Of a stretch of DNA of 64,000 bases, positions 12,320 through 23,799 are shown in pieces (the stretch's first letter is position 1; every line of letters starts with the position of its first letter). This stretch comes from Paramoeba atlantica (taxonomy: Eukaryota; Protista; Discosea). Where the stretch lies: assembly GCA_977017575.1 (NCBI GenBank), contig CDRNVI010000054.1:496001-560000 (forward strand), written 5' to 3'. Below the pieces are notes generated by a model. The model saw only the letters and a list, made by a program, of their open reading frames with translations, was not told the DNA's origin and searched no databases. The position numbers and the translations under genes are program-made.

Positions 12320-15300
12320 ATGGACTTTTTCTTCATCGTAGTTAATACGGTGTGGTTAATATGGCTGGCTCACACTCGACTTTCGATGTATAGGTATCGA
12401 AAACGATCTCATAACGAAACTGACCATCGACCTGGTGTGTATTCTCCCTATGACAACTACGAAATTTTCGCCTCCCCTAGTTGGGTGCAATTCCGGCTTT
12501 GCATGCGAAAACACTACTGGTTAAAAAAACATCGAAAATGGCAAACGTTTCTGGAAATCGTGCTCCCATTGTTTTTGTTGCTCCCTACCCTATGGGGCTA
12601 CAAAGCGACGGGCCACGTAAAAAGTATTGCTCCTTCCCGATCCTACATTGAAGGAAATGTATACGATTTAGATACCGAGTTCTTTGGTTCAACAACCCAG
12701 GGCGGCAGAATTTGTTCCCTCCGTGACAGCTATAAGCTGTCCTCCTTCCACATAATTCCTCGCTGCCCTTCTGATGCAATTCGAAAGCCATACCCCGTAG
12801 GTCTTCGTGCAGATAAAGGTTCTGAATGGCTCACAGAGATGTTGAAGGAACTACAGAGCGGGGAGCTTTTGAATCATTTGCCCGAATTTACATCGGTCGC
12901 GAAATCAGACGGGGAGACTCAACGTACAGATGCTGCTAAGGGAACAGAAACCGCTTTGGGGAACTTACTGGACACACTAGAAACCTCAGGGGTGATGGAT
13001 GGAGTTGCCGACTGGTTTCAGAACATGACAGATGGAACGAGCCCCCTGGTAGCTTCGCCGCTCTCCGGGGAAAGAAATCATAAATCACGTCAAAAGGGAG
13101 CTACAAGGAAAAAAGGGACTCATTATGTTGAAACACGCGATGAAGACTACGCAGCGTTTCACACGAAAAATCTGCGTACGTTGCCTTGGGAACGTTTGAA
13201 AACAAGAAGGCCACAGGCGGATGGGGTATACGCCACGAAAAAGCGAAAAGCGTTTACGTTGGCCGAACGCCCTCCGAGTGATACCTTTGCATCCAAGTCA
13301 ACACAGACCAATGAGGTTGTTCTCTACTGTCTTCCTTCGCCATCGGATTTGTGTATTAGTGGAACTTTACAAGATGGTCCAGATCCACCACGATATCGAG
13401 TAAGAGGAAATGTTCCGCAACGAATCCCTTCATTGGAAGCTTTTCTCCTGCAGAAACATTTTCAACGACTTTCTCAGTTACAGCCGAGGCGACAAACGAG
13501 ACATTCGAGCCGTTTGAATGAGAATATGAATCCCGATGTTGAGCTGAAGGAACGCTTTTTTCCCAGTACAGTGTTGTGGTTTGCTTCGAACGAATCGGAA
13601 ATTGCGGAGCGATTTCAGAAATTCGTACTCCGTAGACATCCAATTGCTGCGAGCTTGTTAGGGATGCGCAACTCGAGTTCGTTCAAATGCGAGACCGCAA
13701 GTAGTGATGAACACACTGAACATCTTGACAGACCTTATACCTTTCCCTGCAATATAGAAACGACCTATTTCAACACGACATCGGACGCTCTGCAAGCTTG
13801 TGAGCGAACATCTCTTTCTGAACAAGCTGCGAATGTCAACTCACCCCCCTGCAGTGCTCAAGGCGTTGTTTGGGCTATTGTCGATTTTCGCACATTTAAT
13901 AACGAAACAGGGAAGTATGACTATGCTATTTACATGAATCACACCCGCCTGCCTCCTAGCACGCTAAAGAGGACTCCAGAGGGCATCACGGATTCATTCA
14001 AAGCAATGAGTTCTGCCCCCTGGGACACCGATGACATGGAAATGTTCCTTCCCGTGCTAGGGAGTAACGCCCCTTTTACGAAATACCTTACCAGCGGCTT
14101 TCTTGTGCTACAATCCTTGCTGGATGAGTTCGTTTGCGACGAGCAAACGCAGTATCAAAGGAAAGAGGATGTAGAAGGTTCTTCTCCTTTCTCCACAAAA
14201 CCTATTCTGGTCCGTTTCCCGGATCCGCCTAAACTTCTCTTTGATTTCTTATCCCAAATCGGACCTCATCTTCCTTTAACGCTTATCTTTGGCTTCACGT
14301 ATTTTGTCTCACATCTCACCCAAGCCCTGGTTGAGGAGAAAGAGTCCCGTACACGAGAGGTGTTGTGGATTATGGGGCTTCGAAGAACTTCTTATTATGC
14401 CTCTTGGGCTATCGCGTATGCATTTTCCTCCGCCATAAGCTCTGGACTGTTAAGCACTGCTCTCTCTCGTACGTTACTATCCCAAACTTCATTTTTTGTG
14501 CTTTTTGCGGTTCTGTTCCTTTTTTGCTTTTCCTTAATCGGATTCTCTGCGCTTTTATCCACCCTATTTGAACGTGCACAACTTGCCGCGCTGGTCACGC
14601 CGCTCATTTTTACACTGAGCACTCTTCCGGTATCCCTGATGTTACCCACAAGTCAGGATGAGGAAACGATCCAGCTCCTTGTGGCCTACACCAATCCATT
14701 CTATTGGATTCAAATTGTATGCAAGTACGTACTCCATTTTTTGAGAATCTCTCCTTCTTCAGATCCCTTGCCTAACTTTAGTGTGCTACTTGCGCTTCCC
14801 TTTTCTAGCACAAGTTTTACATTATGGATGCGTCAAATGGTGAAAAGAGAATCCAGTGGTCGTGGTATATCGGTCCTGGAAGTTCTGACAGGCGCGTCCC
14901 CGAACTGGTTTTACCAAAGCTGTTGGTTACTTCTTTTATCCATCATTTTCTCGGCGTTCCTAGCTCTATTTCTGGATCAAGTGCTACCCAACACTTACGG
15001 GATCCAGAAACCATTTTTCGAGGTTGTCAAAGACTTTACGTCTAACTTTTACAACTCACTTTTTCATCTCGTAAATCTATGGAAAGCGACGATCCCTGTA
15101 AAGACTACGACATGGTCAAAGGCAAAACGCTGCACCAACAAACCAACAGTTCCCCGTTCCGACGCTTCCACTACAATCCACCTCCAACATCTACGCAAAA
15201 CCTTTCCCGATACCTTGCCTCCTCCTCCCCAACAAAGGGCAATGCTTTCAAACGCTCACATCTCTGAAAACAACCGTCTAGAAACTGCAAATGATCGAAC

Positions 15301-18300
15301 TGCAAATGACCAAACTTCAAATTACGAAACTTCAAATTATCAAACTGCAAAGTACCAAACAGCGAACTACCAAGCGGCGAATTCCCAACTCGCACATTCA
15401 TCCCCGGTTACCCTTGCCGTGGATGACCTCTGCCTTGCCTTGCCCTCTCACAGTATCACCGTGCTGCTCGGCCACAACGGGGCAGGCAAATCCACCGTGC
15501 TTCACATGCTGACCGGAATGCTCCGGCCGAGCTCCGGGGATATTCAAATCTTTGGACAATCCCTCACACAGCAATGTGAAAGGCTACGCGATGCGGGGAC
15601 CATGGGGTTCTGTCCACAACACAATTTGCTGTGGTCCGGACTCACGGTGGTTCAGCATTTGTATTTTGTTTCCGCACTGAAACAAAGTATACGATGTGGA
15701 GATAAGGAAATCGATTTTTGGGGCAATGCTTCCACCGAAATCGAACACGAGGTGAATGAAATGATGAGAAAATTGAATCTTCTTGACAAAGCTCATTTTC
15801 TTCCCTCCCAACTCAGTGGGGGTCAGAAACGTAAGCTTTCGATTTCTATGGCGCTTTTGGGGAGTAGTCCGCTTGTGGTGTTGGACGAACCCACGGCTGG
15901 GATTGACGTTGCCTCCCGCAGGGCGCTGTGGGATTTGCTGTCGGAATACGTTGCAAGGAAAACAGGAAATGGTCAAAAAGACGGAAACTCTATTTCTGAC
16001 TTGTCTCGCCCGCGAACGTTGTTGATCTCGACGCATTATCTTGATGAGGCGGACGCGCTGGGGACACAGATTGCGATTCTTCATAAAGCTCGTCTACGAT
16101 GTGTAGGCACGCCCTTGGAGTTAAAGCAACGGTATGGAGCAGGATACATTCTGTCCTTGTCGATGTTTTCGCATAGTGTGCCTTCGCCAGATCCTAGAAA
16201 CATCTCTTCGCAGGAAAGTAAAAGTTCTAGAGAAAGTAATGCAGAAAATAATAAGAACTTTCGGACACGCGCTGAGCTTTATTCTCTGATTTCGCAACAT
16301 GTACCAGAGACCCGCATTCTCGTGGACCGCGAGGCGGAAATACAAATTTCGTTGCCCTCCACAGAGTCCGAAACGTTGGCTGTTCTTTTTGATACCTTAG
16401 AAGACCCCACCGTGCGAACCCAGTATGGCATTGAGTCCATGGGCATTCAACATACTACCCTAGAGGATGTTTTCAAATACGTTTCGAGTGAAAGAGAGAT
16501 GACACTACCTTTGAAGCCGAAGGAATTCAAAACTATGGAGCACGATCCCAACCAGGAGCCTTTTTCCAGAACAAATTCTGTAAAGGAATTACAGAACACA
16601 AATCTACGAATGAATGCTGATACGCCACGCCATGCTGACCAGACACGACGTACGATCAATGTTCAAAGCCTTCCCCCTCCCTGTTTTCATCAAACACGCT
16701 ACCGTTTACTCCTAAGTCAAGTTAAAGGCATTCTCTCTCAACGACTCTCTGTAACCCTTCGAGATCGCCGCTATCTTCTCAGCGCTACGCTTCTTCCTGT
16801 GGCACTTCTATTCATGATTTTGTGGATGCACACTCGAGCGTCGGAGGTTGCGGCTCCTACACCTTTAGAGATTTCCCCGGAAGGAGCCTTACCGTCGTGT
16901 GCAGTGCTGCACTCCAAAACACAATGGGGTTGGAGTTTTTTCGGGGAGAAGCAAGCTTCGGAGTGCTCATTTCCACTCCCTATAATTCGTCGGAAACAAA
17001 GAAATGTTGACGAAAACAAGACGGACGACCCGCCTGATTGGTGGACAACTTCTTTACCCACTTTGTTCCCACCGGAATACTGCGTAAAGGAGGTACTTCT
17101 AGAGGATACAAACCCAAATCTCCCGTTCGACTTTCACTCGATCAACCACAGAGCACTGGAATCGACCCTCTGGCCTTCACCCTCGCCACACTCCGACCCC
17201 GTATACCTCCCTGCAGCGCTCCAAATACCCTCTGAAAACTCCCACGACCCCCTCTACATCCTGTGGCACAACGCTTCAGCCCCGCATGCCCTGCCCGAAA
17301 CCCTTCGTGCTCTCCACGTGGCACAAATTCGTGCTTCCGTACAACACGCCATGGGGAGTGAAGCCCATGCGACAAATGTTTTATCCTCTCCTTTTTCTTC
17401 TTATCCATCCTCCACAAAACCTCCTATTGACTTTAGCCCTTTAAAAACGAAAACCGGGGATTACCAAACGGAGGAAAACAGAATCAAAACTAAAAGCGGT
17501 GATCACCAAAATCGAACGGAAAGAAACCAAAATCAAACGAAGGAAAAAAAAATCAAAACGAAAACCGGGGATCACCAAAATCGAACTCAAAGAGACCGAA
17601 ATCCAAACCAAGGAGACCACACTCCAACGGAGGAAAACACAATCAAACCGAATACCGGGGATCACAACAACCAAAGTGAGCCGACCCATCCGACCCCAAT
17701 CCAAACAAAAACCCCAGACCCCCAAAATCAAACAAACAACCCCCATCCACCCCCCTTGAAACCCACCCTCTTTTCCCCAACCCAACCCGGAAATCCCCCC
17801 CTCCCCCCTCCCCTCCACCTCACCCCCCTCTCCCCCCCCCTCCCCTCCCCCCCGATCTCCCCCGACCCCGCGGTCCCGGACACAGCGGCCCGCGCCCTCG
17901 TACTCGCCCCCCTCCTCCTCCTCCCCTTCTCCCTCATCCCCGGGGTCTTCGCCGGCTACCACGTCGCCGAGCGAACCGCCCGCGCCCCCCACCTCCACGC
18001 CCTCGCGGGACTCCACAGCGCGACCCGCTGGTTCGCCCACTCTCTCTTCGACCTCTCCCTTTTTCTCCTCTCTCTCCTCATGTCGCTATCCGTCTTTGCC
18101 CATTTCGCACGGGACGAGTACGTCGGGGAGTGGGGGACCCTCCTGGGGACGGGGGCGCTGGTCGGGGGGTTCGGCATGAGCAGCACCGCGGGGGTGTATG
18201 TGGTGCACCGGGGGTTTGGGTCCCCGAGTACGGCCCAGGCGGCGGTGCGGCTGTTTGCGATGCTCTCGGGGTACACGCTCACGCTGCTGTCGTTTGTGAT

Positions 18301-20239
18301 GAGGGTGGCGTACCCCGGGGGGTACGCCACGTGGGTGCGGGTCTTTCGCGTGTTTCCGGGGTTCTGTCTAGGGGAGGGGTTGATGGCGCTGGCGTGGAGG
18401 GGGGCGAAGAGGGGGGTGGTGGAGAGGTGGGGGGAGGGGGGGGAGGGGGGGCTGGGGTGGGGGGGAGGAAACGAGGAGAGCCAAAAAGGGTGGGGGGGAC
18501 TGGTGGGGAGCACGTCGCCGTTGGCGTGGGATTGTGTGGGCGCCCCGGTCGCGTACCTGATGATGGAGTCGGTTGTTTTTCTGAGTATTGCGGTTGCCAT
18601 GGATGCGCCTTGGTGGGTAGCCAAGTTGTTGCGCCCGTTGATGTGTCGAATTCCTGTCCTCTCGAGAGGCTATACGGACCTCTCTGGGTTTCCTACAACA
18701 AGCGGGACGATTTCTGCTGATCCCGATGTAGTTCAGGAAGAAAAGGAAATTATGGCTGCGTGCGGCCATCAGGGTAGCCGCCCAGATGTTTGCCCTCTGA
18801 CTTCTCGGAAGCGCTCCAAGGATCTCATCACTATTGTAAAGCTAAATAAAACGTATTCGAATGGGGTTTTATCCAAACTAAAACATGATGCGCTGAAGTG
18901 CGTCGCATTTTTCAAGAATCGTATTGCGGTCTCTCTACGCAGACTACCGACCCATTCTTTTTATGAAACAAGACATTTGGAAACGGAAACAACGAATGCC
19001 GTGAGTTCTACTGCAGTTCGCTCCCTTACCTTTGGTGTTTCTCCTGGGGAAGTCTTCGGTTTTCTCGGCGCCAATGGAGCAGGAAAAACCACAACTCTTT
19101 CCATCCTTACTGGAGCGCTTTCTCCAAGCTCGGGTTATGCCACAATTTGTGGTCATCCGCTTCCCGAGAGCGTTTTTGAGACCACTGTGATGCGATCCTG
19201 TTCCCGATCTCCCGTTCTTGGATATTGTCCGCAACTAGAAGGTTTACACGAGTTATTAACCGTGAAGGAGCATTTGCAGTTTTACGCACGACTGCAAGGC
19301 ATTCTGCCCTCCCAAATTCCCACCCAGATCGAATACTTAGTCTCTCTTCTCGAACTCTCCTCCTATTTGAACGTTTGCGCGACGAATCTCAGCGGAGGTA
19401 ATCGTCGAAAACTTGCACTCGGCATCGCACTATTGGGTTCCCCTCGAGTATTAATTCTAGATGAGGCCAGCGCGGGAATGGATCCGTTAACACGGCGGAC
19501 GTTTTGGCAACTTTTGCAACAACTTTATGGAAATCATGACAGAGAGAGCAGGTTGATGGATACCGAATTGAACGAACATAAAAAAATGGGCACCAGAAGT
19601 GCGAGAATTAAGGAGCTGAACAACCTGCCTTCTTCGGATCCTTTTCATATTGCTGTACCCATAGAGCAGGAGGTCCTGTTTTCGAATCATCAAGAAGGCT
19701 TAGCAATTTCTACAGAGCGTTCTGGAGAAGAACTAATCCCTCGTTGTGTGTTACTAAGTACCCATCACTTAGAAGAGGTCGAGGCGTTGTGTCACCGCGT
19801 CGGGATCCTGGCAAAAGGAACATTGCGTTGTCTTGGGACTCTGCCACATTTAAAAAGTAAATTTGCGGTCGGGTATGAACTTTGTTTCGGGCTTCGGAGA
19901 AAGCTACGAAAACAGAGAGTATACGCCACGTGCCAAGAAGAAATGAAGGTTTTAGCAGATCAGGGCATACATAATAAAAGTGGGGGGAGTGATGCAGATG
20001 ACGTACCTCAGCTTTGTGACGTACTCCGGATGGATATATTTCCCCAGTGCCAAGTCATTCTTCGTGAGAGACATGACACGCAACTTAGGTTTCAGATTGA
20101 AGGCGAGTTCTTGCTGTCCCACGCGTTTCGTAGATTGCAGGATCTGTGTCGCAAGCATAAGTTTGCGGTACAGGAATACAGTTTGAACAGGTGCAATCTG
20201 GAAAGCGTTTTTCTGCATCTTTCAGGTCACGAAGCGTAG
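12320..20239 (+). CDS. Full-length ABCA-subfamily ABC transporter (TMD-NBD-TMD-NBD)
   Basis: Single intronless ORF (track starts at TTG 12311; first ATG 12320). EEKESRTREVLWIMGL; NBD1 GHNGAGKST / LSGGQKRKL / VVLDEPTAG; NBD2 GANGAGKTT / LSGGNRRKL / ILDEASAG; C-terminal LESVFLHL. Confidence 0.95.
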   Translation: MDFFFIVVNTVWLIWLAHTRLSMYRYRKRSHNETDHRPGVYSPYDNYEIFASPSWVQFRLCMRKHYWLKKHRKWQTFLEIVLPLFLLLPTLWGYKATGHVKSIAPSRSYIEGNVYDLDTEFFGSTTQGGRICSLRDSYKLSSFHIIPRCPSDAIRKPYPVGLRADKGSEWLTEMLKELQSGELLNHLPEFTSVAKSDGETQRTDAAKGTETALGNLLDTLETSGVMDGVADWFQNMTDGTSPLVASPLSGERNHKSRQKGATRKKGTHYVETRDEDYAAFHTKNLRTLPWERLKTRRPQADGVYATKKRKAFTLAERPPSDTFASKSTQTNEVVLYCLPSPSDLCISGTLQDGPDPPRYRVRGNVPQRIPSLEAFLLQKHFQRLSQLQPRRQTRHSSRLNENMNPDVELKERFFPSTVLWFASNESEIAERFQKFVLRRHPIAASLLGMRNSSSFKCETASSDEHTEHLDRPYTFPCNIETTYFNTTSDALQACERTSLSEQAANVNSPPCSAQGVVWAIVDFRTFNNETGKYDYAIYMNHTRLPPSTLKRTPEGITDSFKAMSSAPWDTDDMEMFLPVLGSNAPFTKYLTSGFLVLQSLLDEFVCDEQTQYQRKEDVEGSSPFSTKPILVRFPDPPKLLFDFLSQIGPHLPLTLIFGFTYFVSHLTQALVEEKESRTREVLWIMGLRRTSYYASWAIAYAFSSAISSGLLSTALSRTLLSQTSFFVLFAVLFLFCFSLIGFSALLSTLFERAQLAALVTPLIFTLSTLPVSLMLPTSQDEETIQLLVAYTNPFYWIQIVCKYVLHFLRISPSSDPLPNFSVLLALPFSSTSFTLWMRQMVKRESSGRGISVLEVLTGASPNWFYQSCWLLLLSIIFSAFLALFLDQVLPNTYGIQKPFFEVVKDFTSNFYNSLFHLVNLWKATIPVKTTTWSKAKRCTNKPTVPRSDASTTIHLQHLRKTFPDTLPPPPQQRAMLSNAHISENNRLETANDRTANDQTSNYETSNYQTAKYQTANYQAANSQLAHSSPVTLAVDDLCLALPSHSITVLLGHNGAGKSTVLHMLTGMLRPSSGDIQIFGQSLTQQCERLRDAGTMGFCPQHNLLWSGLTVVQHLYFVSALKQSIRCGDKEIDFWGNASTEIEHEVNEMMRKLNLLDKAHFLPSQLSGGQKRKLSISMALLGSSPLVVLDEPTAGIDVASRRALWDLLSEYVARKTGNGQKDGNSISDLSRPRTLLISTHYLDEADALGTQIAILHKARLRCVGTPLELKQRYGAGYILSLSMFSHSVPSPDPRNISSQESKSSRESNAENNKNFRTRAELYSLISQHVPETRILVDREAEIQISLPSTESETLAVLFDTLEDPTVRTQYGIESMGIQHTTLEDVFKYVSSEREMTLPLKPKEFKTMEHDPNQEPFSRTNSVKELQNTNLRMNADTPRHADQTRRTINVQSLPPPCFHQTRYRLLLSQVKGILSQRLSVTLRDRRYLLSATLLPVALLFMILWMHTRASEVAAPTPLEISPEGALPSCAVLHSKTQWGWSFFGEKQASECSFPLPIIRRKQRNVDENKTDDPPDWWTTSLPTLFPPEYCVKEVLLEDTNPNLPFDFHSINHRALESTLWPSPSPHSDPVYLPAALQIPSENSHDPLYILWHNASAPHALPETLRALHVAQIRASVQHAMGSEAHATNVLSSPFSSYPSSTKPPIDFSPLKTKTGDYQTEENRIKTKSGDHQNRTERNQNQTKEKKIKTKTGDHQNRTQRDRNPNQGDHTPTEENTIKPNTGDHNNQSEPTHPTPIQTKTPDPQNQTNNPHPPPLKPTLFSPTQPGNPPLPPPLHLTPLSPPLPSPPISPDPAVPDTAARALVLAPLLLLPFSLIPGVFAGYHVAERTARAPHLHALAGLHSATRWFAHSLFDLSLFLLSLLMSLSVFAHFARDEYVGEWGTLLGTGALVGGFGMSSTAGVYVVHRGFGSPSTAQAAVRLFAMLSGYTLTLLSFVMRVAYPGGYATWVRVFRVFPGFCLGEGLMALAWRGAKRGVVERWGEGGEGGLGWGGGNEESQKGWGGLVGSTSPLAWDCVGAPVAYLMMESVVFLSIAVAMDAPWWVAKLLRPLMCRIPVLSRGYTDLSGFPTTSGTISADPDVVQEEKEIMAACGHQGSRPDVCPLTSRKRSKDLITIVKLNKTYSNGVLSKLKHDALKCVAFFKNRIAVSLRRLPTHSFYETRHLETETTNAVSSTAVRSLTFGVSPGEVFGFLGANGAGKTTTLSILTGALSPSSGYATICGHPLPESVFETTVMRSCSRSPVLGYCPQLEGLHELLTVKEHLQFYARLQGILPSQIPTQIEYLVSLLELSSYLNVCATNLSGGNRRKLALGIALLGSPRVLILDEASAGMDPLTRRTFWQLLQQLYGNHDRESRLMDTELNEHKKMGTRSARIKELNNLPSSDPFHIAVPIEQEVLFSNHQEGLAISTERSGEELIPRCVLLSTHHLEEVEALCHRVGILAKGTLRCLGTLPHLKSKFAVGYELCFGLRRKLRKQRVYATCQEEMKVLADQGIHNKSGGSDADDVPQLCDVLRMDIFPQCQVILRERHDTQLRFQIEGEFLLSHAFRRLQDLCRKHKFAVQEYSLNRCNLESVFLHLSGHEA

Positions 20240-20398
20240 GCTAAAGTGCTCAACCTGGGTAGAGCAAACATTTTGCACAACAATAAGGGCGATGTGTAAA
20301 CGTACCAAAGAAAAAGCTAACAAAACGTTTAGTACCGTTGCATTCATGTTATGAATCCTCTCTATACAGAATAGTATTTTTTCTTACACACCTACGTA

Positions 20399-21025
20399 AT
20401 GTTTGTGCGAAACGCGGACACGACATCGCTACGTCTGGGACGTGTGAATGCACATCTTCCACCTGAAAATATGTTGGTTCAATTTCTAGAAAACGTTTCT
20501 ATGCCATCTAGTTGCATTTTTAAAAACCCATTGACTCCAGCATGTGCGTGGTTCGGAGTGCATTGCAATGATGCACAAAATGTTGAAAGAATCGATTGGC
20601 ACAATATGAAATCAGCATTCTCTGACATTCTCAGGGGAGGCGATCTACGAGGTACGCTACGTTGGGAACATTTGCCCGTAACCGTACTTGCGTTGGAACT
20701 TTATTCAAATGATTTCATGGGCGAAGTCTGGTTAGACGCATTACCCAGGGATCTGCAGCGTCTTAACCTATCATGGAATAAGTTTTCAGGAACCTTGGAT
20801 TTCACTGACATGCCCAGAACACTGACTCATCTGAACTTTTCAACGAATCGCTTCCAACTGGCTTTACACTTTGAGCATCTTCCGTGCGGGATCCACGAGC
20901 TCTTTTTAAATGATAATGTAAACCTACAGGGAAGCTATGACGCGGATAAACTGCCAACAGGCGTTATAGTAGGCACGAGTACATTTTTTATTAGGGACAC
21001 AAAAATCAAATCTGTCACAGAATGA
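20399..21025 (+). CDS. LRR protein, type A copy 1 (stop just before the CaaX box)
   Basis: 208 aa; RLGRV, TPACAWFGVHC, LRRs. The stop TGA is followed in frame by RWGCLIM. Confidence 0.85.
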   Translation: MFVRNADTTSLRLGRVNAHLPPENMLVQFLENVSMPSSCIFKNPLTPACAWFGVHCNDAQNVERIDWHNMKSAFSDILRGGDLRGTLRWEHLPVTVLALELYSNDFMGEVWLDALPRDLQRLNLSWNKFSGTLDFTDMPRTLTHLNFSTNRFQLALHFEHLPCGIHELFLNDNVNLQGSYDADKLPTGVIVGTSTFFIRDTKIKSVTE

Positions 21026-21029
21026 CGTT

Positions 21030-22462
21030 GGGGTTGTCTTATTATGTAACATAATGATTTATGCATGTACATGTATATGGACTATACACTATACTACTGT
21101 AGCAGTTGTATAGATCTGTACAAGGTATACCACCATTGGTGGTGTATACCACCATTATATTGGCATAATTCTAGCAAGAAAAAGTTATAACAAACTGTGG
21201 TTCTGATAGTTGAAGGACATGAAATTAAATTTAAAGCGACATAAATCTGGCAGCGAACCCTTTTAAAACCTGAAGTTCTGTTGCATTCACAATATTATTC
21301 CTGTTCATGGACAATTTTCTTAATTTGTTTCGAGAATTGTTTTTTCGAGTAGTCTTATCTTGTTTCTTACATACCTAATGTTTGTCCAAAATGCAGACTC
21401 CTTGCCGCTACGTCTGGGACGTGTGGGTGCACATCTTCCACCGGAAACTCTGTTGGTTCAATTTCTAGAAAACGTTGATGCGCCACCAAGCAGCTTTTTT
21501 AAGACCACAAAGATTTCAGCATGTGAGTGGTACGGAGTACATTGCAACGATGCACAAAAGGTTGAGAAGATCGATTGGCACGCTATGCACTCCGCACACC
21601 AGAACTCCTCTGCTATTCTCGGTGGACGTAAGCTACGAGGTACGCTACGTTGGGAACATTTGCCCGCAACGTTACTTGAGTTGCAGCTTTATACGAACTA
21701 TTTAACTGGAGCAGTCACGCTAGACGCATTACCCAGGGATCTGCAGAGTCTTAATCTAGCTTCCAACACGTTTTCAGGAACCTTGGATTTCGCAGACTTG
21801 CCTAGAACAATGATCTATCTTAACTTTTCTTTTAATGACTTCCAACGGGCTTTACACTTTGAGTGTCTTCCACAGGCCGTTCACGAGCTCAATTTAGAAT
21901 GCAATGAAAACCTAAAGGGAATGTACGTCATAAAAAAACTGCCACGATTCGTTAGAATTTCTATTAGGGAGACAAGAATTAGAGCTATCAGAGAGCAGAA
22001 GGGGGCTTGTCTGATTATGTAGCTCAGTGATAATGTACCGCCGGCTTTCGATCACGGGTTGAAAAACTTCAGAAACTGTAAATATGCTACTTTTTGGCGC
22101 GCTATACACAAACTACTTTTTTTGCGCATTTCTATTTTTTTCGAAGAAAAAAACTTTTGTCTGATTATATCACACAATAATTCAGAGGTCCGTAAAACTA
22201 CAAAAACTGTACAAAAACTGATTTATTATGGTACTATTATTGAGGTTGAACCTTAACCGTTCAAGCACTATCTATGAAAACAATACGTGTACATATTTTT
22301 TGTGCTTTATCTTTTTGCTGGACATTAGTTACAAATTTAATTTACAGTGATAACATTACTGTCAGTTTGTTTCTATATTCTATTTATATACTGTACGCCG
22401 AAGAAGAACTGATTTTTCATTTTGCGGAAGACGAGAAAGAAGATTCTGAAGAGGAAGAAACT
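21030..22462. repeat. Segmental duplication, near-identical to ~35818-37249
   Basis: Only scattered substitutions between copies; they diverge after GAGGAAGAAACT. Confidence 0.9.
21378..22022 (+). CDS. LRR protein, type B copy 1, C-terminal CLIM
   Basis: ATG 21378; RLGRV, SACEWYGVHC, LRRs; ends QKGACLIM. Confidence 0.87.
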   Translation: MFVQNADSLPLRLGRVGAHLPPETLLVQFLENVDAPPSSFFKTTKISACEWYGVHCNDAQKVEKIDWHAMHSAHQNSSAILGGRKLRGTLRWEHLPATLLELQLYTNYLTGAVTLDALPRDLQSLNLASNTFSGTLDFADLPRTMIYLNFSFNDFQRALHFECLPQAVHELNLECNENLKGMYVIKKLPRFVRISIRETRIRAIREQKGACLIM

Positions 22463-23289
22463 TTTTTCCCTCGCAGGAATTACAGTTTTTACTAGAAAAT
22501 GCCCCAAAGGCGCGCTCGCTCGAGGACTTCCCGTGGAGTACTGAGCGATAGATCGTATTCTTCCCCCGCCCCCGTCAAAGAGAGTCACCGCATGCTTTTG
22601 GTGGCGGAATACGAGCGCACAGGATCGTACTCCGCTACGGCGCAGCACTTTGGTGTTCAAGAGAACACTTTAAAACGTTGGGTTGAAACGTTGGAATTTT
22701 TGATCAGGTTATGAAAAAGCCACGGGGCTTTCTTCAATATTTAAAGCGACATCCAGCGCCCACGATTGCCATGGACAACTGCCCGACCCACAACAAGGCG
22801 CGTGCCACGTTCCGTGATACAGGAATTTCCGTTCTCCCCTGGCTTGCAAAATCTCCAGACCTGAATCCGATCGAAAATTTGTGGTCTGTGATGGACACAG
22901 ACAAAAATCTTCTTCGACCCCGAAATCGACAGCAACTGGAAGCCGCCATTGAGGGGTCTTTCCTTAAATTGAAACAGACCCACTCTGCAACGGTTCAGAA
23001 AACGTTGAAGAGTTTCAGGAAGCGTTGTGAAATTGTTATTAGTCGGAACGGGAGGCACTGTGGTTACTAATTGTCTTTTGCAATCCAAATTACAGAAATT
23101 ATTGACATCACTAAAGTATTGCAATATGTGTTTTTGACCCTTACATGAAAGGGGGGTACCTCCCAAACCCCGGATGCTACCTATCCTAAAACATACAACT
23201 CTGTGAGAGCTATCCAATGCGCTATTATTTTCCAAAATTGGACAACTTTTACGAATTTTAGACCCCCCACCTTTAGATTCGCACCCCTG
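22463..23289 (+). mobile_element. Tc1/IS630 transposon relic with internal deletion and right TIR
   Basis: HTH-like SYSATAQHFGVQENTLKRWV (22499-22714); MDNCPTH..LPWLAKSPDLNPIENLW (22711-23070); ends CACCCCTG followed by TA at 23289. Confidence 0.85.
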
Positions 23290-23650
23290 TAGACTATACA
23301 CTATACTACTACAGCAGTTGTATAGATCAGTATACCACTATAATAGTGGCCTAAATCTAGCAAGAAAAAGCTATCAGACACTTTAGTTCTGATAGTTGAG
23401 GGTCTGCGGATGACGTAAAGCGCTGTTTCGCGGTGTTTCAACACTAGGTAAGTCAAAAAGGAAATAGTAGCTATTTTGAAATAACCAGTGAATGAAACCA
23501 GAGTAAGCACTCGAGGGGGGCAAAGTTCGGGAGAATGCAGCGGTGATCTCCATGCATAAAAAAGATTTAAATATTAATGTACTATACATTTCAAAACTGA
23601 TCTTCAGCACTCATTCGCAAATATTTAAAAAGTTGAACACATTTCAAATA

Positions 23651-23734
23651 CTGTGACCCCCTTTAACGTAGAATAATGCGTTTTGTCTCTATGATAGGGG
23701 GGTTTGGGGGGTGTATATTAAAGGGGGGTTACAG
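23651..23734. mobile_element. 84-bp MITE with TA flanks
   Basis: TA|CTGTGACCCCCTTTAA ... TTAAAGGGGGGTTACAG|TA. Confidence 0.7.
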
Positions 23735-23799
23735 TACTGTACTTAGTGCTGATCTTTTCCACTTTACACTTTCGCACTTCGTATTCCCTTTTTCGCCCC

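Noticed and set aside
12585-20218. Many short overlapping or antisense ORFs inside ABCA and the HERO ORFs
   Set aside because: Shadow ORFs of long genes, with no independent motifs.
22190-22235. Minus-strand ATCAGTTTTTGTACAGTTTTTG resembling SL
   Set aside because: Arises from a local TACAAAAACTG tandem in AT-rich DNA; no SL-RNA features.
22274-22495. 73-75 aa ORF after each LRR-B copy
   Set aside because: AT-rich, with C-termini that differ by flank; conservation is explained by the recent duplication.
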